Source of the DNA: Eutreptiella sp. 'Long Island Sound 2002'
Taxonomy: Eukaryota; Protista; Euglenida
Assembly: GCA_964036045.1 (NCBI GenBank)
Contig: OZ038378.1
Span: forward strand, 142,228,001 to 142,292,000
Length of the DNA: 64,000 nucleotides
Reading direction: 5' to 3'
The notes beneath the pieces are model-generated. The model saw only the letters and a program-made list of their open reading frames with translations, did no database searches and had not been told where the DNA came from. The position numbers and the translations under genes are program-made. Positions 1 through 12,903 of the stretch are shown piece by piece (the first letter of the stretch is position 1; each line of letters starts with the position of its first letter).

Positions 1-299
1 GTCCGCAGGTTAAACCAAGTGTGGGACCACCCATGCATATATAGGGTTGCAGCGCAACCTTCATCCGCAACTTCCGGAATGATGTGCACAATATATGTGT
101 ACACCAAACCCATAGCTTGCCATGCTGCAGTTGCCAATGTAGTGCAACCGTAGCACAGGTGTACTATGTGGCAGAAGGCCAGAACCAAAGAATGGAAGGG
201 CAATGGGAGGACCATGCCCCCCGCCAGTCTGCCAATCACAGTGCGGGCCTCTCGGCCACTTAAGCTGATGCCTGCTTGGAACCTTCCTCGCATGAAGCG

Positions 300-1530
300 C
301 TAGTGCTCCCTGCTATCAGAAGGCAAAGATCCAGGGTGGTATCTCCTAGCAACTTGAGCTATTACCTCCAACAACTCATGCTTGTACGGCCCGGGTACGG
401 TCCGGCCAATAACACCAAATAGTCTGGAGGCTCCTCCTTTGGTGTTGTGTAATACTGGTTGTATAATATAAACCTTTGCCAGGTTGGATACACCCTGGAA
501 CTTGTGGGAACCACGCACCTCATTTAGACGCCCCCCCTTGTGCAGAAACAGTGCGGCAACCCCATGCTTATTGACCCGGGGACATGCCACGCACCCCTTT
601 TGCCGACACTCTGACCACAGATGGTGGTGATCTGCAGTCAGGCAACCAAACTATAGGTGCAGTGTCGTAGTGTACTCTGCACCACCATACTTCATGCGTT
701 GGTTGAATTTACATGAAGGCAGGGCTTGTAGGGCCTCTGCCCGTTTGGTTAGCCACTCCCCATCAACAACTTTGGGAAGTTCCATCCAGGTTATCATGTC
801 TGTGCACCAGTCTCCCGCAAAATCAATTATACAAAAACTTAGGGTTTACATTGGGATGCCCCCTGGGCTGGTATCCATCAGCATACAGGCCCAAGGTTAG
901 GGTGGCTTGTTGGGGGGGAGGGTCCCTGTGCCCTTGTACTGTTAGGGTGCCGGACTTCTGCAGAAGTAGATGGCACAGTTCTAGCAACAATTTGTTGTTG
1001 CTCAGGGAGTACTCCACTACCGGAAGATGTAGTAGCTCCTGCTGCCGCAATGCCACCAGAGACCACCCGGCACCTGGTTGGAGGCGATCAAGGGTTTGCA
1101 GCACTGCTGCTGGCAGAACATGCTCATTCCGCAGAAGCATGGCAGCTGGTGCCTGGGGACTATGGGATACTGGGCTGGCGGGGTTGGGTGGTAAAGGGCC
1201 CATTGGACGCCGCACGACCTGGACTGTGCCAATGTGGGGCCTTGGCAGGTTGTCTGGCTCCTTGCAGTCCAAAGAAGTGGCCCTAGGAAAGTTCAAGATG
1301 AAAGCTGACACCATGAACTAGTTGGCAGGCAAAGGGCAGATGCCGGCAAACCCCTTGTTTGGACACGTCCCCATTGACCCATACAGTAAAATTGTCCACA
1401 ATGAATTCATGGTGGAACATTGTGCTTTTGCAAGAGGGTGATAGAGAGCATGAATGGCAGACATTTTTGTAACGCCCCAACCTGTAGCTTTCGCTGGAAC
1501 CTTTTTTTGGTCGATTTGGTCTGTGGCATA
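300..1530 (-). mobile_element. Degenerate non-LTR retrotransposon (LINE) ORF2 C-terminal relic
   Basis: The minus-strand frame KKVPAKATGWGVTKMSAIHAL... runs through a TAG (1318-1320) into ORF 823-1314. It then frameshifts into IIDFAGDW...ELPKVVDGEWL...LHL*FGCLTADHHHLWSEC. This resembles the post-RT P-x-x-x-GG-x-G motif and the terminal H-x-x-W-x-x-C zinc-knuckle half of LINE ORF2. Stops and a frameshift are present. Confidence 0.45.
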
Positions 1531-2058
1531 GGTTTTGGTGTTGTCAAAATATACACGCAAAGTGGCCCCACGGCCCATGCCCCAATATCTGCACACCCCC
1601 AAATCGTTCCCAATGCCTAAGCAATCCCTGGCACCTCCGAGTAGCAGAAAGGGAACCTGAAGGGCAGGCATTGCACAGGGCATCGGAATGGCAAAAGCAG
1701 TGGGCGTTAGTTTGATGGTTCACGTGTTTGATGGGGTGCTGGTTGCTGTGCCTGTGGAAGTGGGCGGGAGGGTTGTGGGGGTTCCACTTTCAGGTTGTGA
1801 TGTGCCTGTGAACAGTTGAGTGACCTGCACTGTAAGTTTAGTGGGATGCCTTGTAGTACACCCGGTGTCCATTGCAGGTGCGGGTGCAGGACGGGGGGCG
1901 GGGGAGGGGTCCTGGAATGAACCTTTGATGCTTTTGTTCCGGGGCTAAGCTGCTTATGTTGCCACAGGCATTGTTCTGCACCCCGTCAACTGCACTGCGC
2001 CAACCAGAACACAGGAACGAACCCGCGCCTTGTGTCTGCGTACGAGCACATCACATAC

Positions 2059-2142
2059 CGCGAGCCTTGAGGGTTTGCAATGTAGAGTTCGTCTCCAGCG
2101 CCTTGCCCAGCGCAGCCCCTCCTTCCTTTCCGATTTTGTTGT
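2059..2142 (-). CDS. LRR exon 14 (type 1): (Y)NKIGKEGGAALGKALETNSTLQTLKAR
   Basis: 84 bp, CAG|...|GTATGT, phase 1-1. Downstream exons are not identified in the window. Confidence 0.88.
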
Positions 2143-3822
2143 CTGCATGTGTGCGTGTGGCTGTGCACACGCAGGTCTCCACAAACGCGCCCCGCTGCAC
2201 TCCACCAACACACGACCAACGGCGTCACCACCGGTCAGCCCATTCCACGCAATGCTCAGCGTTTCGCCCACTCAACACAACACCATTCCTTATGTTGTGG
2301 GGCATGCCACAAAACAGTGTACGCCCACATCGCCCTTTACACGCCCTTCACACACCCGTCGGACAGCTCCATCCAACAACCCAACACCGCGGCTTGTGAG
2401 GGAGCGGCCAGCATGTGCATGGCTACGGGGGGCGGGGGGGGCTGTGCGGCAGAGGGACGGTCCGTTCCAGCCCCCTCCCCAGTGCTCGACCAATGCCAGA
2501 TACAACGACCGGGCGGCAGTGCAGTCGCAGGAGGTGTTCGAGCCGCATTCTGCACCAGCACAGCACACACGCAAACGCAATGACAGGGCAACGCCACAAT
2601 AATGATTTGGTCACAAGTTCAGAGGGAGGGAGACTGTTAGGCAGTCAGAGGCTGCTTGCGTTAAGCGTTGATGGCTGAGACACAAACAACCACCCGGCGG
2701 CAGATTCCCGTGCTTCTCAGTTTTGAGGAGGAATGTCGGACAACAATACGAATGGAGACGGTAGAAATGGATGTCGAGCACAACGGGAAATCGATTGTTT
2801 TACGAATGTCCCAGGCAATGGCCGTGTGGTCCGGGTGCTACTTCGCATGTGTCGCGTGTACCTGCCTGAACAACTGCACATATGTTTGCCGTTGGAATCA
2901 CTGCATGCTCTTGTTCATAGTCGCCCTCCGGCGACGGATTTCTTGCCGGGCGCTGGGGTCGGGGCCCCGGCGCCGCCAGACCTCCGTTCCTAAACTTCAA
3001 GTAGAATACATCCGAGGGGGGGTAAGAAATTAGGACCCCCAAAACTACGGCAATCTGCCGTCTTGTCGCCCCTAGTTTTGTGCAGAATGAGCTGTAGATT
3101 TCGAATCTGCCTGTCTGATCCCCAAAAGCAGGCCAAAATCGTGATTTCCCTGGCGAAATCGGCCGAATTTCGTGAATCGCAGTCGGAAATCGGGTCCAGC
3201 GCCCCCCAATCTGTGGGATCCCCCTCCGTTCTGCACGATTTCCGAGCAGTTTCGCAGGATCCAGGAATTATTGACCCAACGAGGACCCGCTCCCACCCCA
3301 CCGAGGCAAAAGCTGTTGTCCCGCAGTGAGATTGTGGATAGCTTTTGTTACTTGAGAATTCAAAGGCAACAATGAAAGAAACAATGAAAGATCTGTTGCG
3401 TTTGTCGGCTGTTGCATTGATGTACAATGTATTTGTGTTCCGATTGTTTGTTTCCAGGCTGTCCCGTAGTCTACAGCTGATCATTGGTTGCCGCAGCAAA
3501 AAGGTTGGTGCAGCAGGGAGGTTTGCCGTTCAGCTGTATTTAGCCGCTGTGAGGTTTACAAACTTAGCGCCAGATGTGTCGCGTTCGTCGTCTGATGCAT
3601 TGATACACACTGCATTTGTGTTTCAACTGTTTGCCGTCCTGTAGCCTACAGCTGCTCATTGGTTGCCGCAGCCAAAACTTTGGTGCCGCAGGGAAGTTTG
3701 CTATTCAGTTTGATTGGACTCTGTTCAGGTCTGTTTTCGGCTTTGTGTCACTGCAATTGTGTTTGCATGCAAGACCTCCTGTTCGTGGTTGCTTGCATTT
3801 CCTGTGTTGCTCAGAAGGGTCG

Positions 3823-3990
3823 TGGGTTCCGTCCGTTACACTATGTGAGTTCCGTGGGGTCCAGAAGTCCACCGATTTTGCTCACCGGGCCGCTGCGTTG
3901 CGCAGGAGTTCAAGAGTGACCAGACGTCGGCCGTGCAGGTGATCCAGGATGCGACCGAGGCGTATTTGGTTGGGCTGTTTGCAGGTGCTC
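3823..3990 (+). pseudogene. H3: Histone H3 fragment (frameshifted, with deletions)
   Basis: WVPSVTLCEFRGVQKSTDF, then a frameshift to [28 protein letters not shown]. This aligns to H3 RPGTVALREIRRYQKSTEL...[31 protein letters not shown]. Confidence 0.85.
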
Positions 3991-4295
3991 TTCCAGTCTT
4001 GCATTGCACAGGGCCCCGGTGAAGGCAGTGAAAAATCCTTGTATTTCATGTCAGTTTCGTGTGTTGTTTTTAGCTTCCGGTTTTCTTTGTGCATTCTTTT
4101 GGGGTGAGCCTTTGTTGTAGGTTCCATTTTCGAGTTGCGGTTGTGTTTGGGTGTTGTTTTGTGTTTAATTTCCAGTTGGGAGGTTGCTGGGTTGAGGCTG
4201 GTTTGGGGTTCGAGTTTGGTTTGCAGTTTTGAGTTGCAGTTCAGGTTTGAGGTTTCAGGTTGGAGATTGAGTTCCGGTTCAGGGTGAGTTACGAG

Positions 4296-4298
<3 letters not shown>

Positions 4299-4354
<56 letters not shown>
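4299..4354. repeat. (GT)n microsatellite
   Basis: Pure GT run seen directly. Confidence 0.99.
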
Positions 4355-4357
<3 letters not shown>

Positions 4358-5105
4358 GAATGTGCTTGTAGGTGAGTTACGAGTGTGCTTGTGTTGCGGA
4401 TGTGCCGGTGGGTGAGTTACGAGTGTGATGGTGTTACGAATCTGCCTGTGGGTGAGTTACGAGTGTGTGGGTGCCACGATTGTGCTTGTGGGTGAGTTAC
4501 GAGTGTGTGGGCGTTACGATTGTGCCTGTGGGTGAGTTACGCGTGTGCTTGTGTCACGAATGTGCTTGTGGGTGAGTTCCGAGTGTGTTTGTGTTACGAT
4601 GGTGCCTGTGGGTGAGTTACGAGCGTGCTTGTGTTACGAGTGTGCCTGTGGGTGAGTTACGCGTGTGCTTGTGTTACGAATGTGCCTGTGGGTGAGTTCC
4701 GAGTGTGTTTGTGTTACGATGGTGCCTGTGGGCGAGTTACGAGTGTATTGGTGCTACGAATGTGCCTGTGGGTGAGTTCCGAGTGTGTTTGTGTTACGAT
4801 GGTGCCTGTGGGTGAGTTACGAGCGTGCTTGTGTTACCAATGTGCCTCTGGGTGAGTTACGAGCGTGCTTGTGTTACGATGGTGCCTGTGGGCGAGTTAC
4901 GAGTGTATTGGTGCTACGAATGTGCCTGTGGGTGAGTGACGAGTGTGTTGGTGCTACGAATGTTCCTGTGGGTGAGTTACGAGTGTGGTTGTGTTACCAA
5001 TTTGCCTCTGGGTGAGACACGAGCGTGCTTGTGTTAGGAATGTGCTTGTGAGTCAGTTCGAGTGTGTTTGTGCTACGAATGTGCCTGTGGGTGAGTTACG
5101 AGTGC
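4355..5105. repeat. ~40-bp minisatellite (GTGGGTGAGTTACGAGTGTG...), roughly 18-19 units
   Basis: GGTGAGTTAC recurs at 40-bp intervals (4451, 4491, 4531, 4571, 4611...). Confidence 0.95.
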
Positions 5106-5119
5106 ATAGGTGTTTGTCT

Positions 5120-5300
5120 AGTGCGATCGTTCTGATGTGTCTGTGTCATTTGCATCTGTGGCTGTCATTTGCGATCGTTCTGATGTGTCTGTGTCATTTC
5201 CATCTGTGGCTGTCATTTGCGATCGTTCTGATGTGTCTGTGTCATTTCCATCTGTGGCTGCCATTTGCCTCTGTGCCTGTCATTTGCATCTGTGTCTGTC
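5120..5300. repeat. ~48-bp tandem repeat, about 3 units (GCGATCGTTCTGATGTGTCTGTGTCATTT...)
   Basis: The unit restarts near 5122, 5171 and 5219. Confidence 0.9.
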
Positions 5301-6309
5301 CCAGTGTCTCCCTCCATCCATGCCCTTTCTCTCTTCTCTCAGGTGCAACGTAAGGTGTGAAGTCAGGTTGTCAGTTTTTGCTTTTTCTTGTTGTTTTGCC
5401 TGCGCCTGGTGGCGGTTTTTGGTTTTGGTTGGTGGTTTGGGTTCAAGTTTAGTTTCTGGTTAGTGTCCCGAGGCTTGGTGGGTTGGGGACTTTGGGCTTT
5501 GGTGCTCGGTGGGAGTGTCTTCGTTGGTTTGGTTTGAATTGGGAGTTTGGTGTAGAAGGTAAGCGGGTCAGGGATGTGGGTGCTTGCTGGCTTTGTGGGT
5601 ATGTTGGTGACTTGGGCCTGGGGGTTTGGTGGGCTTGGGATTTCAGAAAGAGGCCCTCCTGGGTTGTAACAAATATTCTTTTTGCAAGACAACACTTCAA
5701 GGAAAGTTTTTGGACAAAAAAATGACCGGTGAACGCAACAAAAATCTGATTTCCAGGGAAAAAGTTTCTTGGAATATTTTGGACCACAAAGTGCTCGATG
5801 AAATGTTTTTTGATCCAAAATGTTTTCAGGCAAATTGGTTTGCAGATTGGCTCATTTGGTTTCGGTTGTGATGGTTTTATTTTTGTCTTTGCCCCCGTGT
5901 GACCCGCCCATACCCACCTGCCCACACATGGTCATGCACAGGTGCACACAGTTGTAGAAGATTTCATTTTGGACAGAGAGAGTGACTGATTGCAATGGAT
6001 TTCCAGTGGAAATGAAGTAGTACAAACATGGCAAGGAAACCGAGTATGATTAGGCACCGGGTGCAATGCATTGTGAAGTGATTTTTGGTGGCCACGAAGA
6101 AGTATTGCAAACAAGGGAAAATAAGGAGAGCCCAAAAAAATGTTCCGCATTCATTTTTCAAACACAATTAAAGGGGACACACATTGGAAGCATGCATAGA
6201 TGTTGCATGGATGGGGTTGAGGGTGTGTCTAGTAGCTTCGGGCTAATGGGGGAAGTTTGGGGAAAGTTGGTGATGCTTGGGGTAGCATTTGGGTTGCCTA
6301 GGATATTTT

Positions 6310-7000
6310 GGGTACTCCAACCCAACCCACGGTGCCGCAAGGCCCCGCAAGGTACCCCATCCGAACGCAAGGAACCCCAAGCCCCCTCCAAGGTGATTCT
6401 TCCAACTTAATTAGGTCTCGGCCCCCCTCCAAGGTACCCCAATCCAACCCATCATGCCCCAAGGTACCCCAACCCATGTTACCACTAGCCCCCGCAAGGT
6501 ACCCCAACTCCATGCATGGTACCCCATGCCACCACAAGGTGCCGCAACCCGACCCATGGAACGCCAACCTCCCCAAGGTACCACCATCCAACCCATGGTA
6601 CCCTCACCCTGCCACAGGATACCTTGATGTTGCCCCGAGCAACCCGGGTACCCATGGTGCCCTAAGCTACCCCAACCCAATGTGTGGTACCCGAATGTGC
6701 CCTTGCCCCCCCCCCCCCCCTCCGTTGGTACACAGCCTGAAGGCCATCTATACCCATGTACCCGAACCCAACCCATAGTAAATTTAGTTTCTACACGGTC
6801 CCCCAACCAAACCCATGGGACCCAGGCACTCTTTCAGGGTGTTTAACCCGAACAATGGTACCGTAAGCTTCCCGAAGGTACCCCAAGCAATCCGATGTTA
6901 CCCGAAGCCCCCCCATGGTGCACAACCTAACCCCCAACGGTACACATGGTACCGCAATCCAATGTAAGTTACCCCAAGCCCTCCCAAGATAAGCCATGCC
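6310..7000. repeat. Degenerate GGTACC/CCCAACCC-rich satellite-like tract
   Basis: Many AAGGTACCCC and CAACCCAT submotifs at irregular short spacing. Confidence 0.7.
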
Positions 7001-8604
7001 CCTTTTGGGCACTCAACACTCAACACTTTTACCAAAGGCACCAAGGACTATTGTGGCTTGGATGGGATGGTGCGTAGCACCATCCCATCCAAGCCTGTGG
7101 CGCTAGCAAACGGGAAATCATGAAGGATTTCTTTTTTTTTATTTTTTTGGGACATTGTGTGTGGGGTGGGTGGGGAGTGGAGTGGATGGAGCGAGAGAAA
7201 GTGTCTCATAACCAAATCTTGATTGCCTTTTTGTTTGTAATTTGGAGATGGGCAGCTGCAATACAACATGCATTGGCCCACCCAATGACAATTTTGTGGC
7301 TGTGCAGATCCGTGACCTCCATCAACCACTTAGTGGTACCCTATCGGGTTCTTTTTGTTTTTGCGGATGAGTTCACCTCACCGCGCCCGCCACTTTTTAG
7401 GGCCATCGGTAGCTAGATGCATATATTGTTCTACCGTGCCATTTCCATCTGCGCTATTCCAAATGTGTGCGTTTTCGTCCAGTTTGTCGGGTGTCCGAAT
7501 GGATTTACATTGGGAAGGCCACATGTAGCTTTTGGGTAGAAGAAAAAAATAGCAAAAAAACTTGGTAAATTAGAGAATGTTCGAACTTTTTTTTTAACCA
7601 TTTGCAATATGTTGCCATGGGCTCCCCCACTTTTGGCATGCTAGATCCAAATGCACTACTTTTTGGGTAGCCAAATGTCCTACAGATTGTAACAACATGT
7701 TTACTTGCTCTGGAGACTGGCTTTTTTTGTCCGAAAACGGTGTTCATTCAGCACATTATAACAGCTTGTCTTCACTCGAGATGGCAATTCTGTGCTCCAA
7801 AAGAGCACTGTTCCCGTCTTTATGACCAATGACCAGCCCCCCCACCTTTGTGACTTCACCACTACGAGTGTTTTTGGGCCAAACACCGTAGTCCGCAGTA
7901 TCGGCAGACAAGCCATTGTTGTCTTTCAACCCGCAATGTTAGTAGGTTGTAATGACCAAAAGCTTTTGCTCAGGCAAAGATCACTAGCCACTCAGACAAG
8001 AAAACAACATGTAGATCAACAGAATTGGGGGAAAGGGAGAGATAAAAAGAACTTTCCAACTTGCCAAGTCTTAATCCCAAGTCAAACCCAAGCCCTGACC
8101 CTAACTGCTTGATGCAACTTGGACTACTTACCACTTGAGAGTCTGCTTGCCCTTCCTCGAATCCTGCCCTCCCGCTTGTTCAGTCCATTCACACTGACCA
8201 CAGCACATCGTACCATTCCTCGGCAGAGCAGGGAAACCATCAGACAAACCGTAAAACCGCATTCTAAACCACGAGTCAATGCTTCTGTGCAATGGGAAGG
8301 CCCAAATGCAAAGAAGGAACGTTAGCCCGTGCGGGCCTGGGGATGGGTGGTGCCCGCGCAAACCACACACACAGTACCCACACCCCTGAACCGTTCCCAA
8401 TGCCTAAGCAATCCCTGGCACCTCCAAATGTCTGCCACTGTCCCCCATCCGAGCCCACACCCCTAAACCCCTGCTCATCACCCATCTCACCACTGCCCAC
8501 CACAACTACAGTCCACACCTCCCCCATGCCTCTTCAAAGGCCCCTCCCCACACCACACCACCAACACCTACACACATGCCTCTCTCTACATCCACAAAAC
8601 ATAC

Positions 8605-8688
8605 AAGAAAGGCCAAGGCTTGTCAATGTGGTGTTGTTTTTCAACGCCGTCCCAAGTGCTTGTCCACCAGATGAGCCTAGTCCAATCT
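8605..8688 (-). CDS. LRR exon 13 (type 2): (K)IGLGSSGGQALGTALKNNTTLTSLGLS
   Basis: 84 bp, CAG|...|GTATGT, phase 1-1. Confidence 0.75.
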
Positions 8689-10379
8689 CTGAATGTGTGG
8701 CGATGGGGAATGGAGAGGGGGCGTGCACACCGCACATCACAACGTCCCCTCCCTCAAACCGCACGCAGCACGTCCGCCACAGCGCCCCCCATCGGAAGCG
8801 CCGCTTTCCCCTTCCCAAACGCTTGCGCACACCGAACGCCCACAGCCACACACCACGGCCACGGCCATGTGCCAAGGGGCGTGCCCATCCCCCATTAACT
8901 CATCGCGCCCCTCCACCATCCAGTCCTCGTCCGCCGCCACCAACGCCGCGGGGACTCCACAGCTGGTCCCAGTGCTACGCCGTGCACGTCCCACAAAACC
9001 ATGCATCGAAAAACGGGGGGATGAAGGATGAAGGGGGTCAGGCTGCAGTGCCTCACAAACAAAAGCGGACAAAAGCACATCCAGCTCAACGGTGCTATGG
9101 ACGGCTCGAGAAGATGCACAACCGCAGCACAACACAAACCCACTGGTGTGTGAAATGCATATAACACGTCTTCGCTCTACACGGCGGACGCCTCAACGCT
9201 TCCTAAATCCACCGCACTCCTCTGCTGTGGCAACCGTCACCGTACACTGTGTCGCCTGCACCTGCCAGAACCACTGCACATGTGTTTGCCGATGAAATCA
9301 CTGCAAGGCCTTGTTCCGTCTGTCCACACTGACCACAGCACAGCGTACAATTCCTTTGCAGAGTAGCGAAGGCGCACGCATGTGCGCATGTCGGAAGCAC
9401 CAGGCCTTTGCTAATTCCTTGGTGAACCATCGAGGCTGCCTACCAGCCAAGTTCAGCCCTCGGAGACCACCCGCACACCAGGACATAAAATTCGATTCAC
9501 CCACTGGCCGCCATGTGGCGCATTCTCGATCGATGACCAGTTCTACCCCCAGGCGCTCCACTACTGCTAGACCCTTCACATACCTCCACCCCCATGCGTG
9601 TGGTGTGCAGGGGCACCACCAGTCCCCAGGCCCGCAGGAGTGAATGTTGAGTTTTTGCATTTGGCCCATGCCATTTCACAAAAGCATTGACTTGTGGTTT
9701 ACAATGCGGTTTTTCGGTTTAAAAAATCGCCTACAAAAACGACATGCCCATACCCCATCAAGTGCAGCCCCATTCTGTGGCATAGGTTCTGGTGTTGTCA
9801 AAATATACACGCACAGTACCCCCACGGCCCATGCCCCAATATCCCCACACCCCCAAATCGTTCCCAATGCCTAAGCAATCCCTGGCACCTCTGAGTAGCA
9901 GAAAGCGTATCTGAAGGGGGTAGCTGACGGCGTACCCATTGGTACGCTCGTGATGTGGGTGAGGGGCTCTGCATGCTTTTTGGGCAGGCATTGCACAGGG
10001 CATCGGAGTGGCAGAAGCAGTGGGCGTTAGTTTGATGGTTCACGTGTTTGATGGGGTGCTGGTTGCTGTGCCTGTGAAAGTGGGCGGCAGGGTTTCTAGG
10101 GGTTCCACTTTCAGGTTGTGATGTGCCTGTGAACAGTTGAGTGACCTGCACTGTAAGTTTAGTGGGATGCCTTGTAGTACACCTGGTGTCCATTGCAGGT
10201 GCGGGTGCAGGACGGGGCGCGGGGGAGGGGTCCTGGAATGAACCTTTGACGCTTTTGTTCCGGAGCTAAGCTGCTTATGTTGCCACAGGCATTGTTCTGC
10301 ACCCCGTCAACTGCAATGCGCCAACCAGAACACAGGAACGAACCCGCGCCTTGTGTCTGCGTACGAGCACATCACATAC

Positions 10380-10463
10380 TGCGAACATCGAGGGTTTGCA
10401 ACGTAGAGTTCGTCTCAAGCGCCTTGCCCAGCGCAGCCCCTCCATCATCTCCGATTTTGTTCA
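10380..10463 (-). CDS. LRR exon 12 (type 1): (L)NKIGDDGGAALGKALETNSTLQTLDVR
   Basis: 84 bp, CAG|...|GTATGT, phase 1-1, LRR consensus. Confidence 0.92.
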
Positions 10464-11565
10464 CTGCATGTGTGCGTGTGGCTGTGCACACGCAGGTCCC
10501 CACAAACGCGCCCCGCTGCACTCCACCAACACACGACCAACGGTGTCACCACCGGTCAGCCCATTCCACGCAATGCTCAGCGTTTCGCCCACCCAACACA
10601 ACACCATTCCTTATGTTGTGGGGCATGCCACAAAACAGTGTACGCCCACAACGCCCTTTACACGCCCTTCACACACCCGTCGGACAGCTCCATCCAACAA
10701 CCCAACACCGCGGCTTGTGAGGGAGCGGCCGGCATGTGCATGGCTACGGGGGGGCGGGGGGGCTGTGCAGCAGAGGGACGGTCCGTTCCAGCCCCATCCC
10801 CAGTGCTCGACCAATGCCAGAAACAACGACCGGGCGGCAGTGCAGTCGCAGGAGGTGTTCGAGCCGCATTCTGCACCAGCACAGCACACACGCAAACGCG
10901 TTGACAGGGCAACGCCACAACACAGTGATTGGGTCACAAGTTCAGAGGGAGGGAGACTGTTAGGCAGTCAGAGGCTGCTTGCGCTAACCGTTGATGGCTG
11001 AGACGCAAACAACCACCGGGCGGCAGATTCCCGTGCTTCTCAGTTTGGAGGAGGAATGTCGGACAACGATACGAATGGAGACGGTAGAAATGGATGTCGA
11101 GCACATCAGGAAATCAATTGCTTTATGAATGTCCCAGGCAATGGCCGTGTGCTCCTGGTGCTACTTCGCATGGGGTTTCGGCATATTAGGTCTTGCGCAA
11201 GATCTCAAACCGGAAAACCGCATTCTAAACCACAAGTCAATGCTTCTGTGCAATGGGAAGGCCCAAATGCAAAGAAGGAACGTTAACCCGTGCAGGACTG
11301 GGGATGGGTGGTGCCCGCGCAAACCACACACACAGTACCCACACCCCTGAACCGTTCCCAATGCCTAAGCAATCCTTGGCACCTCCAAATGTCTGCCACT
11401 GTCCCCCATCCGAGCCCACACCCCTAAACCCCTGCTCATCACCCATCTCACCACTGCCCACCACAACTACAGTCCTCACCTCCCCCATGCCTCTTCAAAG
11501 GCCCCTCCCCACACCACACCACCAACACCTACACAAATGCCTCTCTCTACATCCACAAAACATAC

Positions 11566-11649
11566 AAGAAAGGTCAAGGCTTGTCAATGTGGTGTTGTTT
11601 TCCAACGCCGTCCCAAGTGCTTGTCCACCAGATGAGCCTAGTCCAATCT
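11566..11649 (-). CDS. LRR exon 11 (type 2): (E)IGLGSSGGQALGTALENNTTLTSLDLS
   Basis: 84 bp, CAG|...|GTATGT, phase 1-1. Confidence 0.75.
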
Positions 11650-12122
11650 CTGAATGTGTGGCGATGGGGAATGGAGAGGGGGCGTGCACACCGCACATCA
11701 CAACGCTTGCGCACACCGAATGCCCACAGCCAGCGCAAGGGCAGAGGCTGTACTCCCCATCAGCCCACACTACACATGGAACCCGAGGCCACACACCACA
11801 GCCACGGCCATGTGCCAAGGGGCCTGCCCATCCCCCATTCCCTCATCACACCCCTCCACAATCCAGTCCTCGTCCGCCGCCGCCAACGCCGCGGGGACTC
11901 CACAGCTGGTCCCAGTGCTACGCCGTGCACGTCCCACAAAACCATGCATCGAAAAAACGGGGGGGTGAAGGATGAAGGGGGTCAGGCTGCAGTGCCTCAC
12001 AAACAAAAGCGGACAAAAGCACATCCAGCTCAACGGTGCTATGGACGGCTCGAGAAGATGCACAACCGCAGCACAACACAAACCCACTGGTGTGTGAAAT
12101 GCATATAACACGTCTTCGCTCT

Positions 12123-12903
12123 CAGACCTCCTAAGTCTCCGGCACCGAAGTCACCGGCCCATTCCACGGCCTTGTAAAAAACTGTAAAAAACCTGTGAAA
12201 AAAAACCTGTAAAAAAGCTGTAAAAAAAACTTGTAAACAACTGTACAAGGGGTTGTGGGATGCATCCCGTCATTGCCTGATCGTTGCTAAATGGTTTGTG
12301 ATATTTCCTCCCAGCTTTTGTCAACTTTTTTCGGCCTTTCAATGGTTTGATACACCCAGTAACCCCCCCCCTTGTATAAGCTACGCAAAACTCCCAAATT
12401 AATACGGTCCCTACGCCTACTGTAGCTGGGACAAGGCCGTAGACCTCCAGGTTCAAAAAGAGCAGATTGCATGCCGAGCTGGTGCAACAAAGGGGAATAT
12501 AATGCACAAATATCCCCAAAATCAGAGCTATGTGGGTTCAGATGGGCAAACAATCACAAAAAATGTGTCCATGAATCTATGTAGCTGGCAAATTTGTCAC
12601 CAAACCGTTGTCTTATGTGGCCGCAGTACATTTGTAGCGGATCAAATTAGGTACCAAATTAATAAAGCCCCGACACTAGCTGTAGCTTGGACAAGGGCGT
12701 AGCTTATACAAGGGGGGGGGAGGGAACATAACAAACCACAAGTCAGCACAGCAGTACGATGCACAAACACAGCCCCTGCATGCCCCTTGTTGTTTCACTT
12801 TGCTTATTGTAAATTGCCAGTCACCGCAGTCACTGCGTGGAAAAAAACTCCCCAACCAGCAATCACCGAGGGTCACCGAAATCCCCGCTACTTAGGAGCC
12901 CTG
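12123..12903. mobile_element. Non-autonomous DNA transposon/MITE with CAG termini
   Basis: Left end CAGACCTCCTAAGT versus the reverse complement of the right end, CAGGGCTCCTAAGT. It is inserted into only one unit of the array. Confidence 0.65.
12363..12720. mobile_element. Nested MITE with a perfect 24-bp TIR
   Basis: CCCCCCCCCTTGTATAAGCTACGC (12363-12386) is the reverse complement of GCGTAGCTTATACAAGGGGGGGGG (12697-12720). Confidence 0.7.

Noticed and set aside
2668-2850. Plus-strand VEMDVEHNGKSIVLRMSQAMAVWSGCYFA, faintly like a lysine-methyltransferase N-terminus
   Set aside because: Too short, no SAM-binding motif follows, and the frame is not conserved across array copies.
4355-5105. 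CRISPR-like appearance of the 40-bp repeats and of the repeat/variable-exon array
   Set aside because: The units are contiguous tandem variants without unique spacers, there are no cas genes, and the context is eukaryotic.
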